Shown here: piece by piece, positions 37,735 through 46,949 of the stretch | How positions within the stretch are numbered: the stretch's first letter is position 1 | How the letters are laid out: each line of letters begins with the position of its first letter | Program-made: the position numbers and the translations under genes | Source of the DNA: Candidatus Latescibacterota bacterium | GTDB taxonomy: Bacteria; Latescibacterota; UBA2968; GCA-2709665 | NCBI GenBank assembly: GCA_965237675.1 | Contig: OZ250150.1 | Span: 4,960,001 to 5,024,000 of the forward strand | DNA length: 64,000 bases | Reading direction: 5' to 3' | Notes under the pieces: generated by a model | The model's input: only the letters and a program-made list of their open reading frames with translations | What the model was told of the DNA's origin: nothing | Database searches by the model: none

Positions 37735-37827
37735 AGCGGCAACCTCAAAGATCCCGCCGGGCTCTATGGCGTCTCCTATCCGACGGTGCGCAACCGTCTC
37801 GACGCATTAATTGAAAGGATCGGCGAG
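37735..37827 (+). pseudogene. DUF2089-like HTH gene remnant
   Basis: Translates as SGNLKDPAGLYGVSYPTVRNRLDALIERIG with no start context. Confidence 0.55.
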
Positions 37828-37898
37828 CCCTCACGCCCGAACGGTTGTCAAATCCGGATGGTCGCGGTTCCGTCGACAGACCGCCGTTCTGCAAGTTC

Positions 37899-39107
37899 TC
37901 AGACCAGATTTCCCTCCGCGCGACTGTTAGGGCCCGCCACTGCAATGGGTTCCCGCATTCCCACGCACATATTGCCGCTCATCAGATTGTAATCGCTGGA
38001 TCCACTCTCCACGATGCCACCGGCCTGCGTGGGATTCGCCTGATCGTCTGCGCATCGGTTGCCCTGAACGATCGCCCGCTCGAGGTCGTGCAACCGTATG
38101 CCGGGCCAGCGACCCCGCGCCTCCTGCGAATTGCTCAACAGCAGGTTTCCGGTAATCACCTGCTCCTCGCCCCGGTTGGCGTCGATCCCGCAGCGTCCGT
38201 TATGCGCACAGACATTATCGCTAATGATATTGTGATGGTCGCCCGAGTTCGCCACCCCTCCGATCCCATGCTGCCCATTGTGTGAAAACACGCTGTCGCT
38301 GCACACCGTGTGGTGCACACGCGCGCAGAAGAAAAATCCGTCGCCACCGTTGCCTTCCGCGATATTCTGCGACCAGACGCTCCTGCACAACCCCGTGCCA
38401 GGATGGAACCCGTGCCCCCTGCAGCCGTGGGCCTGGCAATGCGCAACCTGTGCGTCGCTACCGCGTTGAATGCCGAAACCGTCGCTGGGCCAGCCCGAGA
38501 CCGTGCAATTCAAGACCCGAACGCGCCGGCATCCGACCAGATGAACCGCCGCATAGGTGAAATCCCACCAGGGTCCTCTGTATTGTTCAGGACCCCGTAT
38601 CGTGAGCCCATGAATCTCGATATCGAACGCATCCACCGCGTAAATCGCCGGAAACAGCCGAACGGCCCGTGCGTTTTCAGCCACCGCCAACGCCCGTTCC
38701 ATAGGCACGTCCAGCCGCACGCGGACCCCACTCCGCTCCCGCACGATCCCGTGCGTGCCGTGCCAACCGGACTGCCGGTCGTCGCACAGTCCGATGGCGT
38801 CGCCCTCCTCAAAAGGCGGAAGCATGCCGCATTCGAACTCGTTTTCCCCCGCACTCGCGTCTTTCTCGAGGGCAACGGATTCCGGCGGCCGTATCGCTAA
38901 AACGGTTGCCGGCCCATCGCCTGCCAGGCTCACGCATCGGGGCAGACAGACGGATTGCCGCAACAGGTATGTGCCCGCCGGCGCGCGGACCCGTCCTCCC
39001 GCTGACGGCAGAGAATCGATCGCCTCGGCAATCCCGCACGTGGGAGATGCCGGATCGTAGAAATCCGCTACATTGACTTCGGACTGCCGTCCCGGCGACC
39101 CCGCCAT
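37899..39107 (-). CDS. Right-handed parallel beta-helix protein
   Basis: VNVADF..GIAEAIDSLP..GG.V..PAGTY pectate-lyase-3-like N-terminus and periodic N/G repeats. Confidence 0.8.
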   Translation of the reverse strand: MAGSPGRQSEVNVADFYDPASPTCGIAEAIDSLPSAGGRVRAPAGTYLLRQSVCLPRCVSLAGDGPATVLAIRPPESVALEKDASAGENEFECGMLPPFEEGDAIGLCDDRQSGWHGTHGIVRERSGVRVRLDVPMERALAVAENARAVRLFPAIYAVDAFDIEIHGLTIRGPEQYRGPWWDFTYAAVHLVGCRRVRVLNCTVSGWPSDGFGIQRGSDAQVAHCQAHGCRGHGFHPGTGLCRSVWSQNIAEGNGGDGFFFCARVHHTVCSDSVFSHNGQHGIGGVANSGDHHNIISDNVCAHNGRCGIDANRGEEQVITGNLLLSNSQEARGRWPGIRLHDLERAIVQGNRCADDQANPTQAGGIVESGSSDYNLMSGNMCVGMREPIAVAGPNSRAEGNLV

Positions 39108-39174
39108 CTTTGCTCTCCCGTTGCAATACAGGGGCACGCAGCACCGCATCCCAACCCACGCCGCGGTTACCCTC

Positions 39175-39903
39175 TCAAACCGCCGGCGGTTCAAGAAAGA
39201 CCGTCACGCCCATATCCGCGAATTTCGACCGTTGTTCCGCCGCGCCGATCCGGTGACACACGGCCACACCGGAACCCTGGAGGGACTTTGCCACGTATGC
39301 GACGGCGTCATCGACTGACTTCAAGGCGTGATTGGGGTGTGCCCTGAGGCTGATCGTCAGGTCGGTGGGACCGAATGACAGGCAGTCCACCCCGGGCCTG
39401 GCCAGAAGATGCGCCCGGGTCACGGCCTCTACGGACTCGATCTGCAGCCACAACACACCGTACGCCTTCCACCAGTCCGCGTAATCGAAGGGATCGGCGT
39501 AGTCCGAAGCCCCCCGCCGGGCGCGTCCGCCGAAACTGCGAACGCCCGCACGCGGAAAATAGAACGCGTTGACCGCCTCGACCGCCGTCTCATCCGTCTC
39601 CGTCTGGGGCACCTCCACTCCGCACGGCCCCAGGTCCAGGTAATTCCCGATCAGGTACGCGTTCCGGGTGTGTTTAATGCGAAACTGGACAAACACGTCC
39701 AATTCCTCAGCGATGCTGCAGAATTCCTCCAATCGTTCTTCATTCAACGCCGAATGCTGGCTGTCCGCCGATACGAAATCGTACGGACCGCTATCCATCA
39801 CCTGCCGGAAACGCTCCCGAGACGCGTCCAGGGGCAACATCGTACCCACAATCTGCTCTCCGTCGCGCATTCGCTTCTTCAGACCAACGGCATTCTCGAA
39901 CAT
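39175..39903 (-). CDS. HpcH/HpaI aldolase family protein (divergent)
   Basis: DSQHS, LDLGP, LQIES and GPTDL motifs. Confidence 0.85.
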   Translation of the reverse strand: MFENAVGLKKRMRDGEQIVGTMLPLDASRERFRQVMDSGPYDFVSADSQHSALNEERLEEFCSIAEELDVFVQFRIKHTRNAYLIGNYLDLGPCGVEVPQTETDETAVEAVNAFYFPRAGVRSFGGRARRGASDYADPFDYADWWKAYGVLWLQIESVEAVTRAHLLARPGVDCLSFGPTDLTISLRAHPNHALKSVDDAVAYVAKSLQGSGVAVCHRIGAAEQRSKFADMGVTVFLEPPAV

Positions 39904-40015
39904 ACACCCTCCAGTTATGTCAAGTGTCACCCGAGAAAATCGAAATACAAGGGACGGTTCGTAATTCTCCGGTGTCCACCGGTTTATCCCGCCTGCCTTA
40001 TTACAGCCGTCAGAC

Positions 40016-40098
40016 GGTGAGACGTGAAACGCAAGAGAACCACAAGACGCCCCTCTGATTTCTCGCCGCTTCTTTCCTCTAACGTCTTACGTCTCGCC
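40016..40098. repeat. Inverted heptamer repeat clusters (CGTRAGA/TCTYACG)
   Basis: GGTGAGA-CGTGAAA-CGCAAGA at 40016-40036 and TCTAACG-TCTTACG-TCTCGCC at 40078-40098. Confidence 0.6.
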
Positions 40099-40100
40099 GC

Positions 40101-41342
40101 TCACCGTAACTCTTTCGCAAGCGTTCTCACCTTCTCAAACGCCTGGCAGATGCCTTTCATCCCTTTCTCGGACGCCAGCAACACCCGTTGAGACAGCCAG
40201 ATCCGGTCTGTACAGGCCTTCTCCGCGTTCGGCAGATGCAGAGCCCGATAATCCGGCGCGTCATCCATCATATTCCAGGCGAACGGCTTGTACGAACTGG
40301 CGTTCCAGTCGTTCTGAAATACGGGATTCCGATAAACCGGCTCGGTATACCCTGCGGCCGCCGGTACCCCTTCCGCTCCAAGCGCCCGAAGAACCCGCTC
40401 TCGCGTTACCCCTTCGAATTCATCACGAACATATCGGGCGCTGAAAATGTGCCAGCTTGCCCGGGTCGCTTCCGGCAGCCGTGTGACCGGTTCGATACCC
40501 TCGACCCTGGACAGCGTTCGACTCAGCATTGCCGCATTCTGTTCGCGGATTTCCGTCTGTTCGCGGACACGCTTCAACTGGCACAGCAGGATCGCCGCCG
40601 TTAAATCGGTCATTCGATGGTTGCCGCCCCAGCGAAGCCCGTCGGGCGTCCGGTCGAAACGGGAACGCCCCGAATTGATCACACAGCCCATGCGGTCGGC
40701 GACCTCTTCGTCGTTTGTCAGCGCAATACCACCCTCGCCGGATGTCATGTTCTTGCTCTGCTGAAAACTGAATCCCGATGCAAGGCCGCAGCTACCCAGT
40801 CCCCTTCCAAGGTATGACGCCCCCCAGCCATGACAAGCATCTTCGAGCACGACCAGACCTTGCCGGTCCGCAATTGACTGAATCCGCTTCATGTCACAGG
40901 CCAGCCCGCCGAAATGCACCACCATGATTGCCTTTGTGCGGGGGGTAATCGCCGCTTCAATCGCATCGGGATCGATATTGTCGGTATCCGGAGCGATGTC
41001 CGCGAACGTCACGGTCGCTCCCGCCGCCAGAATGCCCATACACGTGCCGTGAAACGTATATGGACTCGTAATGACCTCGTCCCCGACGCCGATTTCCGCA
41101 CCCCGGCAGGCGGCCTCGAGCGCATTCGTGCCCCCGCTGCATACCAGCCCGTACGTGGCATTCTGAAAGCGGGCGAACGTCTCCTCAAGCTCCTCGCACC
41201 TGGGGCCGTAATTCCAGTTCCCACTCCGCAACACTTCCAATAACGCCGCCTCCTCGGTCTGGTCGAACCGCGGCCACGGTTCTGCCATTCCGCGAGCCAG
41301 GACGGGCTCTCCGCCCAGCAATGCAAGTCGGTCGGACATCAC
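40101..41342 (-). CDS. DegT/DnrJ/EryC1/StrS family PLP aminotransferase
   Basis: LALLGG.P, EDACH and FSFQQSKNMTSGEGG motifs. Confidence 0.92.
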   Translation of the reverse strand: MMSDRLALLGGEPVLARGMAEPWPRFDQTEEAALLEVLRSGNWNYGPRCEELEETFARFQNATYGLVCSGGTNALEAACRGAEIGVGDEVITSPYTFHGTCMGILAAGATVTFADIAPDTDNIDPDAIEAAITPRTKAIMVVHFGGLACDMKRIQSIADRQGLVVLEDACHGWGASYLGRGLGSCGLASGFSFQQSKNMTSGEGGIALTNDEEVADRMGCVINSGRSRFDRTPDGLRWGGNHRMTDLTAAILLCQLKRVREQTEIREQNAAMLSRTLSRVEGIEPVTRLPEATRASWHIFSARYVRDEFEGVTRERVLRALGAEGVPAAAGYTEPVYRNPVFQNDWNASSYKPFAWNMMDDAPDYRALHLPNAEKACTDRIWLSQRVLLASEKGMKGICQAFEKVRTLAKELR

Positions 41343-41355
41343 AGGCGTCTCCCGT

Positions 41356-41398
41356 GTTGAATTTCAACGTTGCAAATCGAATGATGTAAGCGTAAATT
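41356..41398 (+). promoter_or_regulatory. Promoter and palindrome in the divergent degT/nudix spacer
   Basis: TTGCAA-N17-TAAATT and palindrome GTTGAA-T-TTCAAC. Confidence 0.4.
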
Positions 41399-41443
41399 CC
41401 GCAATCCCGCCCTCACGACCTTCATTGTAAACGGAGCCATTTC

Positions 41444-42067
41444 ATGAAAGTCAAAATCAGCAGCCAGTCCACACCGTATGAATTTCGATTGCCCGACGGG
41501 CGCGCGCTCTTCCGGATCGAGGAAACCGTGCTCTCACACGAACGCTTTGACGGCCGGATGAGCACCGCGGTCAGGCGGGTGAATTTCAACCGGGGAGACA
41601 GCGTTTCGGTACTCCTCTACGCGGGGCAGACCGACGAAATCGTACTTGTCGAACAGTTCCGATATCCGGTCTATGCGAGCCACCCTGAATCCGAACGGGA
41701 GGGCAACGGCTGGATCCTGGAAACCGTCGCGGGAATAAAGGATGCCCGGGGGCCCGATGTCGCCAGGCGCGAACTGTTTGAAGAAACAGGGTACGCGCTC
41801 CGCGGCGCGCTGGAGCATCTCACCACCGTCTACGTCAGCCCTGGCGGAACCTCGGAGCGCATCGAACTCTATCTTGCCCACGTAAGTAAAGTGGAAGGCA
41901 TCGTCAAACACGCGGGGCTGGATGCCGAGGCAGAAGACATCCGCCCGCACACCATCCCCTTCGCGGAGGCCCTTCAAATGGTCACAGACGGGCGCATCGT
42001 GGACTCGAAGACAATTATCGCGCTCTACATGCTCAAGGAGCGCTTAGACGCAAGACGTGAAACGTAA
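41444..42067 (+). CDS. NUDIX hydrolase (ADP-ribose / GDP-mannose pyrophosphatase-like)
   Basis: EQFRYP, Nudix box AG..ARRELFEETGY, SPGG and DSKTI motifs. Confidence 0.9.
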   Translation: MKVKISSQSTPYEFRLPDGRALFRIEETVLSHERFDGRMSTAVRRVNFNRGDSVSVLLYAGQTDEIVLVEQFRYPVYASHPESEREGNGWILETVAGIKDARGPDVARRELFEETGYALRGALEHLTTVYVSPGGTSERIELYLAHVSKVEGIVKHAGLDAEAEDIRPHTIPFAEALQMVTDGRIVDSKTIIALYMLKERLDARRET

Positions 42068-42069
42068 GA
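42049..42069 (+). repeat. Heptamer repeat cluster overlapping the NUDIX stop codon
   Basis: CGCAAGA-CGTGAAA-CGTAAGA. Confidence 0.55.
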
Positions 42070-42079
42070 GGGCCGTCCA

Positions 42080-43507
42080 TCACAGCAGCCGCCCCTTTGT
42101 CACGTTCCCGGCTTCGGGGTAGCGCGCTGCCACTTCCTCCACCGCACCCACGAATCCCTCGGCCTGCGCCTCGGCCTGACCGACAAAGCGCCCGCTCTCG
42201 CCCAGAATGTCCTGAATCTCTTCGAAGGAAAGCGGTATCCGAGAGTCACGTCCCAACCGCTGTGCCAGGTCGTTTTTCTCACGTCCCTTTTCGCGCATTT
42301 CCAGCGCCACGGCAACCGCGTGCTCTTTCAGCGCGTCGTGGACCTGTTCTCGCCCGGCCCCCCGCCGGACGGAAGCCATCAACAACGAGGTTGTGGCCAG
42401 GAAAGGCATATACCTCGTCAGTTCGTTCCGGATGACCGCCTCGTACACGCCCATGTCGTCGAGCACGTGCAGCGTGGTCTCCAACATGCCGTCAAAGGCG
42501 AAGATGGCGTCGGGCAATGCCACCCGGCGCACGACCGAGCAGGACACATCGCCCTCGAACCACTGGTCGCCAACCAGCCCGCCGACCATATGTACATACC
42601 CGCCCAGAAGCACCTGAAACCCGTTGATACGCTCGGCACTCCGCGTATTCATCTTGTGCGGCATGGCGGACGACCCCACCTGCCCCTTCGCAAACCCCTC
42701 GGTCGCGATCTCGGCGCCCGCCATCAATCGCAACGTCCGCGCCAGGTTAGCGATTCCCCCGCCCAATTGGTAGAGACAGCTGATGACTTCAAAGTCCAGG
42801 CCCCGCGGATATATCTGCCCCACCGCCTTCATCTCGCGGCCAAACCCCAGGTAGACCCGAACCTCCTCCTGGAGCGCTTCCAGCTTGACATGGTCGCCCT
42901 GCACAAGGGTTAACTGGTCCAACGCCGTCCCCACAGCGCCCTTCAACCCCCGAAGCGGGTAATTTTCCATGAGATGTTCAAACCGGCGGAATGCGTGCAG
43001 CATTTCCTCGCCGAACATGGCGAATCGCTTCCCGACCGTTGTCGGTTGCGCCGCCGCATGGTGGGTGCGGCCCACAATGGGCATGGTCTTCCATTCATGC
43101 ACCCTCTGGCTCAGACGCAACAGCACCGCCACGTACTTGGCGGCCAGGTGCCGCATTGAGCGCAGCACCTGGAACTGCTCCACGTTATCCGTCAGGTCCC
43201 GGCTGGTCAACCCCTTGTGAATATGTTCGTGCCCGGCCAATTCACAGAATTCCTCGATGCGTGCTTTGACATCGTGCCGGGTCAGGGCTTCCCGCCGTTG
43301 TATCGAAGCCAGGTCCACCCGATCCACGACCGCCTCGTAAGCCTGAATCGCCTGCTCCGGCACATCCAGCCCGAGTTTTTGCTGGGCCCTCATCACGGCG
43401 ATCCAGAACGACCGCTCCAGCACAATTCGGCCCTCTTCGGACCAGACCGCCTTAATTTCCGAACTCGCGTACCGCCCGGCCAGAACATTCGGGATATTCT
43501 CCGGCAT
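42080..43507 (-). CDS. purB: Adenylosuccinate lyase
   Basis: RYAS, RHDV, HKGLTSRD, GRTH and GSSAMPHKMN signature. Confidence 0.95.
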   Translation of the reverse strand: MPENIPNVLAGRYASSEIKAVWSEEGRIVLERSFWIAVMRAQQKLGLDVPEQAIQAYEAVVDRVDLASIQRREALTRHDVKARIEEFCELAGHEHIHKGLTSRDLTDNVEQFQVLRSMRHLAAKYVAVLLRLSQRVHEWKTMPIVGRTHHAAAQPTTVGKRFAMFGEEMLHAFRRFEHLMENYPLRGLKGAVGTALDQLTLVQGDHVKLEALQEEVRVYLGFGREMKAVGQIYPRGLDFEVISCLYQLGGGIANLARTLRLMAGAEIATEGFAKGQVGSSAMPHKMNTRSAERINGFQVLLGGYVHMVGGLVGDQWFEGDVSCSVVRRVALPDAIFAFDGMLETTLHVLDDMGVYEAVIRNELTRYMPFLATTSLLMASVRRGAGREQVHDALKEHAVAVALEMREKGREKNDLAQRLGRDSRIPLSFEEIQDILGESGRFVGQAEAQAEGFVGAVEEVAARYPEAGNVTKGRLL

Positions 43508-43545
43508 CTTGCGACACGCTTTCATTTCCTGGCAATTCCCTGTTG

Positions 43546-44598
43546 TCACCTGTTAGCGTCCGTTTGATCCGGCGACGCCGACCTCAAATCCAGCATCTCA
43601 TCCGCATAGGCGAACAATGCGGGCGTGCCCCCGGTATGAACAAATACCACCGTCTGCCCCGGTTTCCATTGACCCTCGCGAATATGCCGGACCATCGCCC
43701 CGAACGTCTTGCCGGTGTAAACCGGATCCAGAATCAATGCTTCCGTGCGTGCGGCAAGCACAACCGCTTCCCGGCTTGCATCCGTCATCGTTCCATATGC
43801 CTCGCCCGCAAAGGCCCCGTAGCTCTCGAAATCGTCTCCCGAGAAGGAAAGGTCCAGCGCCAGCATCCCCGCCACCGTGTTCGCCACCCGGGCGAGGCCG
43901 GCTGCATCTTTTTCGTCATCCTGGGGGCTTGGGCTGATCCCCACGACACGGAGCGGAACGCCCAACGCCCGGGCGCCCACGACCAGTCCCACGTGTGTAT
44001 GCACCCCCGAGCAGACGTAGAGGCCATCCGGGTGGATTTCCCGTTTCTGTAGCTGTTCCCACAATTCAATAAAACCGTCGACGTAGGCTATGCTTCGCAG
44101 GTAATATCCGTCCGTGCTGGTATTATAGACCCTGTGACCCTCCGCCTTCAGGCGCGCAATGACCCGCTCTTTCTCTTCGGGACGGTCTACGAGGTGGACC
44201 TCCGCGCCAAACAGATAATCCAGCAGCAAGTTTCCGTTCACAGGATGGGAATGCATGTCCTTCCGTCCGACCATGACGGCCCTGAGCCCGAAACGAGCCG
44301 CCATCGCCGCGGTCAGGCGAGACTGATTCGACTGGGAGGCCGCGCCGTGCAAAAGGACGTCGTAGCCCTCCTGGATGGCTGGCGCAACCGAAAACTCAAA
44401 TTCCCGCACCTTGTTGCCGCCAAAGGCCATCCCGGTTTGATCCTCCCGCTTGACCAGAACACGGGGCCCCCCCAGCTTTTCCGAGAGCCTGGGACAATCC
44501 AGGAGCGGGGTTGGCAGGTCTGCCAGAGACAGACGCGAAAAACGCGCCAGGCGCTTCCTTAACGCTTCAGGTGTAACAAAAGATTTCAGGACAGCCAT
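43546..44598 (-). CDS. D-cysteine desulfhydrase / ACC deaminase family PLP enzyme
   Basis: PTPL, KRED..GGNK.R, QSN, LDPVYTGK and HTGG motifs. Confidence 0.9.
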   Translation of the reverse strand: MAVLKSFVTPEALRKRLARFSRLSLADLPTPLLDCPRLSEKLGGPRVLVKREDQTGMAFGGNKVREFEFSVAPAIQEGYDVLLHGAASQSNQSRLTAAMAARFGLRAVMVGRKDMHSHPVNGNLLLDYLFGAEVHLVDRPEEKERVIARLKAEGHRVYNTSTDGYYLRSIAYVDGFIELWEQLQKREIHPDGLYVCSGVHTHVGLVVGARALGVPLRVVGISPSPQDDEKDAAGLARVANTVAGMLALDLSFSGDDFESYGAFAGEAYGTMTDASREAVVLAARTEALILDPVYTGKTFGAMVRHIREGQWKPGQTVVFVHTGGTPALFAYADEMLDLRSASPDQTDANR

Positions 44599-44715
44599 TC
44601 GAGTACCTTTCCGTCATTCGGTCAATTCCATCGGTCCACGAGAGCCGGTTGTTCAGGACGAAATATAGTTTTCCGGAACATCAGATGCAATGACTATCCC
44701 GCAGCCAACATTCGA

Positions 44716-44744
44716 AACCCCGCCGGCGAAAGGCCGACGGGGTT
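44716..44744 (-). terminator. Hairpin downstream of arsC
   Basis: AACCCCGCCGGC-N5-GCCGACGGGGTT. Confidence 0.5.
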
Positions 44745-44782
44745 GAATTCTGAATCCTGTCGCTTCGGGTGTCCGCCGCCTG

Positions 44783-45133
44783 TCAGAGAATCTCCAGGAC
44801 GTTCTCCGGCGGTCGGCCCAGCCTGGCCTGATTGCCTTTAATTACAATCGGCCGCTCGATCAGGATGGGATGGCGGGTCATTGCGCGGATCAGCGCCGTT
44901 CGATCGTCCGCCTTTTCCTTAAGGCGAAGTTCTCTGTATTCAACTTCCTTCGTTCGGATCGCATCCCCGGGCTGGACACCCAACATGTCCAGAATGCCGG
45001 CAAGGGTCTCCTCGTCAGGAGGCGTTTTCAAGTACTCAACAATTCTCGGCTCCAGACCGCGGTCCTTCAAGAGCTTCAACGTCTGCCGGCTCTTGCTGCA
45101 CGCCGGGTTGTGGTAGATCACGACATCGCTCAC
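44783..45133 (-). CDS. arsC: Arsenate reductase (glutaredoxin-type ArsC family)
   Basis: IYHNPACSKSR, LIERPIV and LGRPPE motifs. Confidence 0.9.
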   Translation of the reverse strand: MSDVVIYHNPACSKSRQTLKLLKDRGLEPRIVEYLKTPPDEETLAGILDMLGVQPGDAIRTKEVEYRELRLKEKADDRTALIRAMTRHPILIERPIVIKGNQARLGRPPENVLEIL

Positions 45134-45160
45134 GACAACCTCCTTCGTATCACTGCCGTT

Positions 45161-46864
45161 TCAGGGAACCACCGGCAGAATTACCCGAGACGGACGGCCA
45201 CCGTCGTGGAATATCCGCTGATGCGCCGTCTGCAGAACCGTGTCGCGGTAATCGTCACGACCCGTATTGTGATTCCGATCGAAATTCGGAAAATCGCTGC
45301 TGGCAATATCCAGCCGGATCCGGTGCCCCTTCCTGAACAGATTGCTGGTCGGATTCACCTGAATCGTGTATTCGTATACCCTGTCGGGTTCGATCAATGA
45401 CGGGTTATCAAAAGACTCACGATACCGCGCACGTACAATTCCGTAACACAACTCCTGGACGAATCCGTCTGGCCAGACATCCATCAACCTGGCGACAAAA
45501 TCCGTGTCCCGAGCCGATGATGACGCAAACAGACGCACTTCGACCGGACCCGTCACTTCGATCGGGGCGGTCAGCGGCGGCGTCAGGTACACCATCACGT
45601 CGCGCCGACCGTCCAGCGCCCGCTGGTCCATAGGGGCATGTTGCCCACCCGGGGTGTAAAGGGTCATCACCGGATCTCTCGGATCGTAAACGTACGCATC
45701 CGGCTCTTCCACGGCCGGCGCCTCCCGTGACAGGGATCCCGCACCCGAAAGCAGATCCGCGTGACCCGAACTGTGCAGGTAGAACGTCGTATAAACCGTT
45801 CGTTTCAGCGGCCACTCCCACTCTCCACGCCAGGTATTGGCGCCCATCACGAAGAGTTGCAGAGGGGGCCAATCCACGGCCTCGCTCCGCTCCCCTTTCA
45901 GCCAGCGCGAAAACCACGCATCCGCGATATCATAAAAGTCCCGCGTGGCTTCCGGCCCGAAGTCCACCTCACCCACCTGGCGGTCGAGGTCCAGGAGCGT
46001 GTGGGTCCACGGCCCGATGATCATGTGCTGATTCTGCCGGGCGCGCAGACTGCCGCCGTTTTCCCGCATCCCCGTAAAATGCTTGAATATGCCAATCTGC
46101 TGATCGTACCACCCCGCCGTACCGAGCACGGGAACGTCCACGTTCCGGTGTTTTTCCTGGAAGCCGAAGTGGTCCGTGGCATGGTCCGCGAGCCACGTCT
46201 TCCAGTGTCTGCCCATCCCCGGCATGGCATCCTCGGGGATATCCATCAGTGGAAGATACCAGAGCCACTTGCTGCGATCCCTCTCCTGCCATAGCCGCGA
46301 TGCGTCCTCCCGGGCCTTCTCCTTCCACGAAAAACCAGCCCGCCGCGCCGTATCCACGGACAGGTTGTTTATCGTCCAATCCATCACCCGCCCGAGGCGA
46401 AGCACTCCGCTCAACTCTCTGTCAAGCAGATTCGCCGCGATTCCCCCCGCCAGCATCGCCACCAGATTGGGCGGTCGGGTGTGCGCGAGTTCCCATTGCA
46501 CCCACCCATCGTACGAATTGCCGAACGTACCCACTCTGCTATTGGACCAGGGCAATCCTGCTGCCCACGCCACGGTATCGTGGCCGTCATCAGAGTCACG
46601 GTGATCCGCGCTGAAAAACCCCGGCTGGAACTCCCCGTCTGAAGCATAACGCCCGCGAACGTCCTGTATGACGACGATATAACCGCGTTCGGCCATCTTC
46701 GGACCTATCTCGAGCTGCTTCTCTCCTCCCTTGTCGTAGGGCGTCCGGCAAAGCAACACCGGAAATCGACCCGGCCTGTCGGGGCGATACACGTCTGCGC
46801 GCAGCAGCGTGCCATCCCGCATCGTCGCCTGGAGATCCTTATCCTTCACGGTCGGGTAAGACAT
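45161..46864 (-). CDS. CocE/NonD family serine hydrolase
   Basis: MRDG..L.ADVYRP, RTPY, QDVRG, GNSYDG, GWYD, GPWTH and SSDFP.FDRN motifs. Confidence 0.93.
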   Translation of the reverse strand: MSYPTVKDKDLQATMRDGTLLRADVYRPDRPGRFPVLLCRTPYDKGGEKQLEIGPKMAERGYIVVIQDVRGRYASDGEFQPGFFSADHRDSDDGHDTVAWAAGLPWSNSRVGTFGNSYDGWVQWELAHTRPPNLVAMLAGGIAANLLDRELSGVLRLGRVMDWTINNLSVDTARRAGFSWKEKAREDASRLWQERDRSKWLWYLPLMDIPEDAMPGMGRHWKTWLADHATDHFGFQEKHRNVDVPVLGTAGWYDQQIGIFKHFTGMRENGGSLRARQNQHMIIGPWTHTLLDLDRQVGEVDFGPEATRDFYDIADAWFSRWLKGERSEAVDWPPLQLFVMGANTWRGEWEWPLKRTVYTTFYLHSSGHADLLSGAGSLSREAPAVEEPDAYVYDPRDPVMTLYTPGGQHAPMDQRALDGRRDVMVYLTPPLTAPIEVTGPVEVRLFASSSARDTDFVARLMDVWPDGFVQELCYGIVRARYRESFDNPSLIEPDRVYEYTIQVNPTSNLFRKGHRIRLDIASSDFPNFDRNHNTGRDDYRDTVLQTAHQRIFHDGGRPSRVILPVVP

Positions 46865-46949
46865 TCGCGTATTCCCGTTCACGTTGTCCGCAACCCTCGA
46901 CGGGGGAAGCCTGGGGCGTCCGAGCGGGACGCCTTACATGCCGGGCGGA

